A DNA stretch of 63,164 nucleotides, the filler included, from Catajapyx aquilonaris (Eukaryota), in assembly GCA_000934665.2 (NCBI GenBank). It is 4 parts of 4 records of this genome, joined end to end, with 100 filler letters (N's around TTAATTAATTAA, not from the genome) between each part and the next. Parts side by side here need not be neighbours in the genome. Positions count along the whole stretch, not along the records: positions 47,433 to 63,164 come from JYFJ02007419.1; 3 more parts are not named here. One strand, written 5' to 3'. The translations under genes and the position numbers were made by a program. This document shows, piece by piece, positions 52,147 to 63,164 of this stretch. Positions within the stretch are counted from its first letter, which is position 1, and every line of letters starts with the position of its first letter. The notes beneath the pieces were generated by a model. That model had not been told where the DNA came from, did no database searches, and saw only the letters and a program-made list of their open reading frames with translations.

Positions 52147-52557
52147 CTATATATTTTAATTCACAAGTATTTTATCTGGTGTGTGTGGGAAGGTAAGGTT
52201 CCCCTCTCCTTGTCTATTGGCTAGGCAGCTAAGGAGAGCTCTCAATCATGGATTTGGCTAGCCAGACGTTTCATGTTGCCATAAATGTATCAGAATTATA
52301 ATAAAGTGTTGCAACAATACTCAGACTGTCAAAACAATTTAGCTGCTTGGTAGGAGCTATGTTACAAAATGTTTGTATTGCTTGCCCCAGATACACCCAC
52401 CATCGCACCCAGACTTGCGCTCAATAAGCTGTGGGGACGTTGATAACTCAACTTTTCAAAGCTAAACTAACCTAACCTAACCTAGGCTGAGAAAAAGTGA
52501 CTTTTGTAAAACCCTGCAAAACGAAATTGTGGGGACATGTCCCCACTATAATGGTAG

Positions 52558-52908
52558 TGTGACCGTACTGGTTTTTCATTCATATGATGACGTACCTGTT
52601 TAGCCCACTGCCTGACATCATCTCGCTATTGTATCACATCTCCCTCCAACCTCTATGACCATCATGCATTGCGGTTTTGGGACTATATAAGGCAGCTGTT
52701 TCAAGTGCCCTAGGCCAGTTCTCCGGGACAATATCCCGGGTCTGGTCGAGGCTTTGGCCTCCTCCTTTGATACTACCTTTACCCTCTCCTTCTCCTGACC
52801 TGTTACTGGGTGAAATAAATGTTGTCTGACCGAACCTCTGTAGTTGTGTATCTTCTTGTGGTCACGACGTGTGCCCTTCGGGTCACAACCCAGGCCCGTT
52901 GGGTCACA
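52558..52908 (+). mobile_element. Solo LTR (Gypsy-like) nested in a GTGGGGAC/(CTAAC)n element at ~52390-53020
   Basis: GTAG|TGTGACC...GGTCACA|GTAG with CTATATAA TATA box and AATAAA. Confidence 0.85.
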
Positions 52909-53104
52909 GTAGCGTTCTCGTGTGTGAGGCTGTGGGGATCGACAATGTCCCCACAAGTGGGGCAGGGTCCATAGAGTTACAGTAAAACACCTGTTTACGT
53001 CCCCACAGCTTATTAAAGAAAAATACCTAGTTTTTCACTTATGCGTACTTTAAAGATAAGGACAAGATATTTTACGAATAATAACAGCTACAGAGTACTT
53101 ACAC

Positions 53105-53480
53105 ATTCATGGACAATGAATGTGAATGACATGAATGTGATTGGAACAAATAATATCCTCGTCTAGAAGTCCCTAAATTAATTTCCAAAAAGATCACTGT
53201 AAAAGCTGAAATTCGAGTAGCTACTACCAGCCAACTGTTACGCTTATTTAATTATGAATTGCTTTAAAATATACGGAATACCTCCCTTGAGAACCGTGTC
53301 TAGATTTTAACTTACACATATTCTCAAGATAAGTATTCCGTATATTTAAACTTATTTCATTATTAAACCCGCCTAACTGTTGGCCGATAGTACTCGAATT
53401 TCAAGTTTTTATGACGATCTTTTTGAAAATCAATTTGAGGACTTTTAGACGAGTGAAAATTGTTCCAAACACATTCATAG
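53105..53480. mobile_element. Degenerate foldback element
   Basis: Mirrored CTCGTCTA.AAGTCC..AAATT..AAAAGATC..GAAATTCGAGTA arms. Confidence 0.6.
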
Positions 53481-55962
53481 TGTACTATTAGACGCAAAAG
53501 TAATGTCGCACGGTTGTGTGATGGCGTCCGGGAGTTGTTGTTTAGCATTGGTGTTCCCGAGTTATGGATGATAATTTGTCAATATTCTGAAATCCACAAC
53601 ACTTGGCTCACCTGTCGCGGGCCCTCGTTTCCATGGCCTCATGGTCTGTGGCACGGTTTGAGACCGCCGTGCTGCTACTTATTCGTGAAACCTTGGTGAA
53701 ACTTATTCCTAGTGCTTGTATAGTGTGTGTGTAATCTCATTAATATCATAGAACTGCCCATGGGGTTAGCGTAGTGGGTGTGAAGGATACGAAGGGTGAG
53801 ATGCTGTGGGATGAAAAGAGGCGAAAGGTCGTTGGGGAGAGTATTTTAAGGACTTGTCAGCAAGTGATAAGGCCAGTGTTGATGTTTCTCCAAGCTTAAG
53901 GCGGCGCATTAGCAAAAAAAATACGGTAACAATGCGAGCCCTTGGCGACGACCTACACAAACTCGCATATGCACAGGCAGCATATGGGGATTCGACATGT
54001 CTACTCTTCTGCGGACGTACGGCCGCAAAAATGGTGAAATCCACACAAAAATTGCACCAAAAAATAGTGGATGATCTGGCGCAGGACACCTTATTTGTCT
54101 TTTTTTCCATTTTCGGCCTAGAAATGGCCTTTTCATCAAGTGGAAGTGAGACGAAAATGGCGTTCCTGAAAAGCCCATTTGAATAACATGACAACCCTTG
54201 TATGGTACCAGTTTGACTTTTATTATGGGGGCCATCTTATAGGTACATTACATCTGTAAGTTTTTATATTCAAAAAAGTCCCCCCCCCCCCTCATACATT
54301 GCAAGTGAAAGACGTAAAAAAAATGTAAGTTTAACACTTTACGTCCACATATCTAGTGATATTTAATCGGCAAAAACTACTACCGACTCTACGTTTGAAA
54401 CACTACACTGGTCCTATAGTTATTCTTGCATATGGCTGAACACTACATCACTTTGCTCATAAAAGTCTAAAGTAAAATTTCATCTAAATAAATTTTGGTC
54501 TCATGCAAACTAAGTTACACATGAGCTTATAAGCTCATGTGTAACATAGTTTGCATGAGAACAAGTCTAATAATATATATTATTAGATGACTGGGAAACA
54601 CCAAACATACAGGTCTAAAGGGAATTGGTCCCTTCTTTGCTTCTTCAATCGGTATGAAGTAGAATAAAATTAACCAGGTACTAGTAGCAATTGTTCAGGT
54701 ATGACTTACTAGATTTACAAACATAACACAACGTTAATAATGGAAGATAATCTTTGCAATGTGGAGTCTGGATGGCTCACTCTTATGCATGAAACCTCAA
54801 CTTTTCAGAATGACTTCCTTGTAAAGGATTCCGTCAGATCAGTCAGAGGCTTACTCTCTGGCTGATCAGAATCCGACATGGAATCATCCGCTGAATGAAT
54901 AATTTCCTTCAGGCTCGTTGTCTGACTCTTCATAAGACTTGTCTGAATTATCACCATTATTGACTGCCTCCTGTGACTCAGTTCCTGGACTCTTACTGTC
55001 TGAGTCTTCACGAGGCATATCCTCCAGAAGATCATCCTTGATCTCAATAACATTATCAGCTGCAACAAAATAATCCATCAGAGACTCAATATCAGACCCC
55101 TTGCATGTGCTATCATCCGGCCAATCACCATAACTGTCATCCCCATTGATGTCCACTACACTGCTACTTCCCTCAGATTTGTCACAGCAGATGTTTAGAG
55201 AACTTTCACTTTCCCAATCAAGAAACTCAGCCCCTGTTCCTGTTCCTGTTCCTTCCCTGTTATCTTTTTCCCATAATTTCAGTTCAATCAGTAAAAGAAA
55301 ATCAAACTCCATAAAAGGGCTCCATTTCCTCTAAAGATGATACATTTTTATAATTCATTATTATTTATTGCACTACGATTAAAATAAAAATCCTTTCTCT
55401 CAAGTGCAGTTAAACTTGGGTTCAGGAGTCCATGATATTCATCTAGAAGCCACCACACATGCCAGCATCATTATTGTGTCGTGGGTCCAATCACATGACA
55501 TGAAGAGATGAAATGTGTTACATCTTGCTATTCGGTATAAGTCATTGGTGGCCAGACCAGTGGTAAATGGGACTACAAGGAAGTGACAAAGAGGGGCTAT
55601 TTTTAAAAACAGTTTACCTTTTGTCACATTAATACTCCAATGGCGGTGGGTGGATGGAGGTGTAAATAAGAGAGAGAGAGGTCGAGGAGAAATATGAGCA
55701 GATAGAGAGAGGAGATGAGAAAAAAGTTACATGGGTAAAGGGGTGGGTGGGTGATTGTAGTGGTTTGCAATTTGCCTCATTCTGAAAATGGTCGGCTCCC
55801 CTGCACGGACTTATGAACAATGAAAATAGAGAAAAGTGCCACTATAAGTTATTGCCAGCAGTTTGAACTTTGAATTGGGGAAGTTTCATTGAGAGCTCTT
55901 AATTTATATTGTGTGACAAACCAATCTGTAATGTTCTTTGAATTGTACAAGTTCATCTGGAA

Positions 55963-58181
55963 TCAGTTTGATGACGTACTTTGATCCTCTGGAGTTGGAG
56001 GCAGGGGGGAGATCAGTGATTCCATACTGGATAGGCTTGGCAACTCTGAAACTTCAGAGACCTCAGGTGACTCAATTTCCAGAATGGGCATGGACATCTT
56101 ACTGCCACAAGGTGATTGCTGGCTCAATCCTGCAGGCAAATATGGTAATAAAAACAACGCAATCATCACCAACTGCAATAATGCTAACAACAATATTGTA
56201 TTACCTCACTTGGATTGGTCACAGTATATTCCCTGTGCAACAGATGAACTTGTATATTTCTCACAGCCCTGTACTCGCACATTTTTCACCGTAACATTAT
56301 TTTCGTACTGTACGAGATGCATTCCATAAAATTTGCCAATGATCAAAAGTATGGAAATCTACCTCGGATATTGCGGCATGCCGGCCACCCCCGGGTTATA
56401 CCGGCATGCCGCTTTAGGTGAGGTAATACAGTAATAATATAATATTGTACTGCCAAAGGGTTCATCACTTGTGTAATTAGGTGTACACTTTGTCATGTAC
56501 TCAGGGTTAAATATCAATGCAATTTCATGGAAAGTGATTATGAAAATTATAGAACTGACAACAAGAACTTGTAATCAGACATACTCTTCCAAAAGGCAAG
56601 GCCGAACCCTTAGTAATATAGCCTTACATGCTTCGGCTTCTTCCCCACTCAATCCAACATCTAAGAAAGGACATTATTTATATCGTACGTTCACTCTTCT
56701 TCTTTTTACCTCTCTTCTTCTCACTCGCTCCCTTCTTCTCACTCGCTCCCTCCTGGGATCGCTCATCATTCTATAGGACAGAAAAGTAGCATATTAATAA
56801 ACAAATGGGCATTTATTGGATCGCCAAAATTCAAATCTCTTTCACCTCACCATTTGGGCCATTATTTATTGTGCTATTAGATTACTAATCGTATGAGATA
56901 ATAATTCTCTCACCTTCTTCTTCTTGCCTTCTAGACCCTTCTTGATTGCACCCTTCTTCCTGAAATAATGAAAAAAGAGTTACAATACATTTGGAAAAGA
57001 AAAATTCATCTGAGAGAGGCTGAATATGAATGATTACATTCAACCTCATACTTAGCAGCTCTTCTTTTCAATAATTTCTTGAAGAAACTGTGTTCAAAAG
57101 TTCAAAAACTTGCTATAATCACTATAGACATTTCTATAGGAAAACACTGTGTATGAAGACCTGAAATCCTGGTAATGGGATCTTTTTTGATTAAAATTGG
57201 CTTCCATCTTCTGATGGCTAAGATATTCTTCGAAAGCATCCACTGTCCCAAAAATCCCACAAATTATTGCAAAAAATATACGAATTCCATTAGCATAAGT
57301 CTAACCCTGTAACTTGGTTCACAATGCATTTCATGTCTTCAACCACAGATTTCCTTTCTCCAATAAACAACTGCATATGCAGAGTGTAATGGAACTCCTG
57401 GATACTTACTTCTTCTTCTGGGCCTTCTTAGCTCGATCCACGATCCTAGTCAAATTACTTTCCCATTGGGTTGTGTAACTTGGCTCAGGTGAGCTCCACT
57501 TGATATCGAACCCAGACACTGGAACAAGATACTGCATTTTCACTTTTAGTAATACTATTGCGGTAGCAGATAGATGTCGCATGAGAGAGACTTGCAGGAG
57601 GAGCTACCAAACAAATGTAGCCAGAAATTTGATGGGGATGTCAGTATTTAATTAATTAATTACTGGGTCGATCAACTCAAAATGGTTTTTAGACCCGCTA
57701 AGTTCATTCCATGTAAATCATGAATATCTCAAGTACATTGACACAATCTGATCTTTTCCACATACTCAACAAGTCTCATCATATGTTCATAATGTTCATA
57801 ATATTTCATAACATTGATAATATTGATAATATTGATATTATTTCATAACGTTGATAATATTGATAATATTTCATAACATTGATAATATTGATAATATTTC
57901 ATAACATTGGCAACATTTCATAATATTTCATAACATTGACAACATTATTTTCATAATATTTCATAACATTGACAACATTATTTTCATATTTCATAACATT
58001 GACAACATTATTTTCAAAATATTTCATAACATTGATAACATTTCATAATATTCCTGATATTTCAAACCAACGTACGGTCGTTATCAGCCATGTACTGGCT
58101 CCAACTCGCTTTTTCCTCATCCGTCCAGGGCATAAGCAGTTCCTGCTGCTCCTCATTTTGGACAGTTCCCCTTTCAGCCAT
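55963..58181 (-). CDS. Orphan 5-exon gene, ~169-aa Lys-rich and Ser/Pro-rich protein
   Basis: Exons 58076-58181, 57410-57518, 56914-56959, 56689-56770, 55963-56129. All GT-AG and phase-compatible, 510 nt. MAERGTVQNEEQQELLMPWTDEEKASWSQY..FDIKWSSPEPSYTTQWESNL..KKKGAIKKGLEGKKKK..PLPPTPEDQSTSSN*. Confidence 0.55.
57785..58052. repeat. AT-rich degenerate minisatellite (ATTTCATAACATTGA-type units) in an intron
   Basis: Direct reading. Confidence 0.9.
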
Positions 58182-58613
58182 CCCTGAAATGGGATGTACT
58201 GTATGTGTAATTGCCAATAAAATTGTACATGGCAGAAAGTGTCACTTATTCTTTCAAACATAACCTGCACATCGCAAGTCTAAAAAGAGGTAACATAATT
58301 ATTCTGGCTGGAATAGCACCAGGAAAGTTACTCATCATTCAATCGTGGACAAATTAATATTATTGTTATTGATGATGATGATGATGTTCATGCTGAAAAG
58401 TAGTCAGAAGTTATTTATTATTATTATATTATTATTATTATATCATATAACTAACTGCATAGTTATTTTATTATTTAATTTTATCGCGTTATTGTATTAT
58501 TTTAATATTTAATGGTTATTGTTATTATTGTTATTGTTATTACTATATAGCAATTAATAACTAACTGTTCTGACTCCTTTTCAGTCTGAACACTGTCATC
58601 GTCAATAATAATA

Positions 58614-58831
58614 CAGTTGAATCCGGATATAAGACTTCAAGGGACCGCGGAAATGAATCTCTACTATGGATAGCCTACATAATACAACAGTCTGTTACAC
58701 TATTATAATAACCAAGGTCTACTATAACCGAATACGCAGGCCATATAGTTATATGGAAGTTTTTTTAGTATGATGGGAACGGCCTTTCGAGTCTGTTATA
58801 GCCGAGGCTGTGTTACATCCGGATTCAACTG
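58614..58831. mobile_element. Tigger/pogo-like MITE
   Basis: TA|CAGTTGAATCCGGAT...ATCCGGATTCAACTG|TA. Confidence 0.8.
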
Positions 58832-58843
58832 TAATAATAATGA

Positions 58844-58875
<32 letters not shown>

Positions 58876-59242
58876 ATAATAATGATGATGATGAAAAATG
58901 ATGATGATATGTTCTGACGCCTTTTCAGCCTGAACATGTTGTTAGTCAGCATTGTACTGAACCAAGAGCTAATGACTGAACCAAGTTCCAGCAATGAATG
59001 AGAGAAATTATTACAAATTTTAATTATGTACATGTATAGGCTACACGGAATAACTTGCGCAACTAGGACTGCAGTGCGGAATGTTCTAAAAGCAGAGTTT
59101 GAAAGGAACCTGCATGCAAGCCCACCAATAGCTTCTATGGCCTGGAGTCTCGGCGTATACAGCTTCTGGGAATGTGGCGTGTGATGTTGCCACGGGACAG
59201 GCCCAGGGGCAGGATCCGAGGCGAGACACGAGCAGAGCCTGA

Positions 59243-59348
59243 ACCAAGATGGCCGCCAGAACGTTCAGTCCAAGCCCCGCCCACTGTGAATGGCTGACGT
59301 AATCAAGCTGAACACGAGCGAAAAATGAGGCGGGGCTTTTGACGTCAC
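59243..59348. promoter_or_regulatory. Candidate promoter: YY1/Pho-like CAAGATGGCCGCC and CRE TGACGTCA in a CpG-rich patch
   Basis: Motifs seen directly, ~1 kb upstream of the orphan gene ATG; function inferred. Confidence 0.35.
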
Positions 59349-60449
59349 GTTCGATTAACAAAAGCGGCGTTGTCAGATGGCCACAAAAGAAATTAACGTA
59401 CTAATTGCGCAAAACGCATTTATTTGTAATATGCAAAGTCAAATTTTAGTTAAGTGTTAAAATGGAGGCAGGTTCGACTCCATTGATTCTGAAGCAATAA
59501 TACATGATGATGGTGGCGCACTTGTTCCTGCCGATTGTTTCATGGAGACAAAAGCACCAGCACCAGCAGCGAGGGCGTCGTTCTCGTCCAGAAGTTGTCT
59601 CCCTAAATAATCCCCGGCACCATCACTTATTGCATTATTCGAAGGCCTCGCATCATGAAGGTCCTGATGAAGCAGACTCGTCCATCATGAACCGGGAGAG
59701 ACGACGACGACGACGAGGGCCTGGAGTCATGGACCATGCCTGGACCAGCACCACAAAGGAAAGGATAATTGGTAAACCATACAGTTATGGGCCACTTAGA
59801 AATTTTCCAAGTTCACATCATCACATGACCCACAGTAATTACATCTGCAGTTTGACTATATTTTTTTTCTTCTGAATCTTCAGAATGTTCTCTTTTAAGG
59901 AGAAACTGCAATTTTGAAATTCTCCCTTACTGCCATTTTTGGTAATGAAATGTTCCAAAAAAGTCACAGAAGTACAGTTATGGGCCACTCTTCACAGTTA
60001 TGGGCCGTCTTTGGGACAGTTATGGGCCACCTAATTGTAGGGACTCTATTGTTGTTTGCCGCACTTTCGTGGTGCAGGGTGTTGCCCAGCATTGTTTCCT
60101 ACTGCCTCAGCAGTTTTTCAAGTTTTTATGACCACCCGCCTAGCCTCTGTCATCATTTGCGTGAAAGATGCATTTACTCTGGTATTACCGAACCTGGCTG
60201 CCAAGCACAGAATTTCGTTAAGAGCAGATGACTTTTCCACCTGAAATTCCTCCATGATTGTCACATTCACCTACCTGCCCACTTCTGGGTGTCTACCTCC
60301 CTGTTTCCCCTTATTCCATCATGTTGGGTAGGGTCTAGGGGCACTACTGGATTTTTATTTTATTTTTTAGTTTACCCCGTGATGACCCTTATGGGTGCTA
60401 TAGGGGGGTGGCATACCACCATCAGTTTTCTGTATATATTTTCTGCTTC

Positions 60450-60707
60450 ATTCTCCGGTGCAGGGAAACAGGGACAATGGGAAAGGATAGGGATTTTTGG
60501 GGAGGGAACATNTGCAAGGTGAGATGTCATAGCTATAATGGGTCATGTGCTGTTCCCCAGGAGGTTAGGTTGCCAGACACCTCCTTGGTGCAGGTCAGAG
60601 ACCCTCCTGACGCAGGTGAAAGAAAAGTTCCCCAGGCGGGGATCGAACCTGGGGCCTTTCACTCAGCAAGCCGTGACGTTACCATCACGGTCACCACACC
60701 TCCCCTA
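60450..60707 (-). mobile_element. tRNA-derived SINE (fourth family)
   Basis: Minus strand GGGGAGGTGTGG..GATGGTAAC..CCCCAGGTTCGATCCCCG; 3' end approximate. Confidence 0.65.
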
Positions 60708-61799
60708 TTGGATAAAATTATGCTGGCTGGCTAATATACAGGTGCTGAAGCCAAGTATCCTGGTAACTGAAAACTGTTATAGGGGGTTATAGAAGGAAAA
60801 TAATTCTGAATTAACTTGAATTTATTTCCAGAATGAAGACCAAGTTGATACAAATGGATGGTAGGGCCCTATTAGGCAACAACCAATCAAGCCACATATG
60901 CCGTAGAGTCGAAAACGAGAAAAAGCTGTAAGGGCGAGTTGGAAGGTGATTCCTCTTAGAAACCCGTCCTTACTGCTTGTGCATGTAAGGCCACTTTTCG
61001 ACTCTCCAGCAAATGTGGGTTAACTACTCGTAATTATTATTTCATGACACTGTCCAAATAGCCCTATGTGAAATCAAAAAAAGGCTGGATCCTTTAGCTT
61101 CCTCTGCAATGTGGCATGGGGAACACCATATTTCTAGCCAGAGCTCGTAGTGACGGTCGGTTCTCAGAATTTGCAAATTCTTCCAGCGCATAATGCACTG
61201 CAGTCTTAGAGGCAACACGTTTTGGCATCTCGGAACAGAATAATGAATAAATAATACAGTTATGACTCTTATGAGTACCGTGGTATATAGTTATGGGCTG
61301 TCTCCACGCTATTGACTTGTCTGGTGGGCATCCAGCATGTACTAGACTAATTTTCAGTTTTTAAAAATGGTAGGATGTGTTGAACACATTCCGAGAGATA
61401 ATGCAACACCAGCAGTTAAAGCGTGTTGTGCATTATAGTGTGCTTATAGAGTCATAGTTATAATATGTGCAGCCCAATAGACCAGCATGTACATGCTGCG
61501 GTTTCAGAAATGCTCTCATGTCCACGTAGAAAAAAATCTGACGTACTTATCTGCACTGACTCTGCTTGCTTGTCAAAATGCTGGTGTAAGTTTTACATGT
61601 ACAGCTCCTAAGCCAAGTGGTTCCAATGGTATATGCCATTCAATGCAAAAAGTGAAATCGTAGTGATGACTTAAATGTCCACTGAAGGAGATGATGATGC
61701 CCGTTATATTATGAAACCCTAGCACTACTAGCAAAATAACTTGAGTTGCCCAAGTGAAGATGATCATCTTATTTATTGTATACTAAAAATCATTGATGG

Positions 61800-61842
<43 letters not shown>
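61800..61842. repeat. (CAT)n microsatellite
   Basis: Direct reading. Confidence 0.97.
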
Positions 61843-62944
61843 GTGACTAGCATTTACATGGTGACTCATCAAAAGTCTGGATACACAAGTAATTTGATTG
61901 CATTGTTGCATTTCAGTTCCAATTGAGCCATATTTTACATACTGTACCTCACCAAACACACAGTGCAAATAGCATTCACATTATTTTGTTGCCTTGGATT
62001 GATTCATTGGGTTTTTCCTGTTGCAGTTAGATTATTGACCTTGTGGATTGGCAATTTTGTGTGTAGCAACCAAACAGTTTAGCTACTATTGAAAAATGGG
62101 TTTAGTTTTCTGTTTCAAGGCTATCAAAAACTGAGGGCAGTTCACCAACCTGTCTTGAATGGGTTGTAAGCTGAATTGGATCAGTTATTGTATTTGTGGA
62201 TATCAATATTCGGTAAAGGTACTAGAGTTCTGTCATCCATACTGCAGAACTGATCATGCAGAGTGTGATCTTATGCAGTATATAGCTACAATGTGCTGTC
62301 CCAGTTATTTTGTAAAATTTATGATGAGATGCCACATTACAGCGTATCAAAACACAGAGAGAATGCAGGTAATAAATTTTGGTTGGAAAATAACAAATTA
62401 AGTTACTGAATTCAATTTGACCCTTAGCGCATATTGGCCCATAAGTTTTGCAGGTCATTCCACGCCAGATCACCTGATTTTAATGTTCAACTGTGCTCTC
62501 ATGACTCAGATTAGCTTCAAATTTTAAACTCGAGCAGCTAGCTACTTCTATAATAACATCAAATTGCTTTTTCCAATTTTTTGGGGCCAAAATCGAGTCC
62601 AGGAGAACATGCTTGAAAATGGCAATTTTGTCGTGATTTAGGCTGTCACATTTTCTGTGCCAGTTTAGAAAAATCCTCATATTTTCCTTATATTTTCACA
62701 GATTGGGCTAATTTTGGTATCAAATTAATGCCTTTTCTTTTCTCTTTACAAACAAGGTATAAAGGTGGTGCTACATGTTGCAGATACAAGGAGTGTTCAA
62801 ATATGAACAGCAATTTAAATTTCTCGCACAAACAATGGTGCATAATTATGTGGAAGCTGTACCCATCAGGTGATGCTCCGGAATGTGTACAACCTTTTAG
62901 CTATCTTTGAGCCATGAGGGTGCAGTTCAGTAGAAGTGGGAGCT

Positions 62945-63145
62945 CTGATTGAAGCAGAGGTTCATCCGCATGTGGAACAACACATTACCATCATATTTCT
63001 GACCTGGGGAGGATTGAAACCTTCTGATATTTGCACCAGACTTGAGGCACAGTATGGTGAAGACATGTCAGGAAGAAGGATTTATACTTGGAGTAAGGAC
63101 TTCAAAGAGGGACCAGAACTCATTGAGAAAGAACAGCATGGGGGT
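62945..63145 (+). pseudogene. mariner transposase N-terminal HTH remnant
   Basis: EQHITIIFLTWGGLKPSDICTRLEAQYGEDMSGRRIYTWSKDFKEG, a Mos1/SETMAR-type HTH pattern. Confidence 0.75.
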
Positions 63146-63164
63146 GAGAGAGAGAGAGAGAGAG

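Noticed and set aside
52466..52485. (CTAAC)n / TTAGG insect telomere repeat (also ~13783)
   Set aside because: Only 3-4 units, internal to DNA-transposon-like elements.
53766..54235. Three overlapping ORFs of more than 100 aa
   Set aside because: No recognisable motif; the region looks like non-coding TE interior.
56627..56660. Extra micro-exon of the orphan gene
   Set aside because: Would need a 28-nt intron and creates a TGA at the next junction.

Overview
Eukaryotic (arthropod, probably hexapod) genomic DNA. The window is not one locus. Four fragments of about 15.7 kb (1-15714, 15815-31521, 31622-47332, 47433-63164) are joined by identical 100-bp N44-TTAATTAATTAA-N44 linkers, so nothing should be inferred across them. 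Fragment 1 has no host gene: a deleted piggyBac, a decayed Helitron, and a 12-kb mosaic of shuffled duplicated blocks in which an ETS+ATF/CRE motif cassette recurs six times, at least twice just upstream of different short minus-strand ORF remnants. Fragment 2 holds the Sin3A C-terminal exon and a long downstream region dense in SINEs and foldback MITEs. Fragment 3 has three complete minus-strand genes that I assembled exon by exon: an ALDH3-like gene with an intact frame but substituted catalytic and NAD-binding residues (candidate pseudoenzyme), a failed-axon-connections (FAXC/metaxin-GST) homolog, and a Methuselah-like GPCR. Fragment 4 has a divergent Argonaute/Piwi N-domain fragment, a 5-exon orphan Lys-rich gene with a partial duplicate, a Sola2-like element, a solo LTR and a mariner remnant. 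All family assignments come from motif recognition by eye; no database searches were run.
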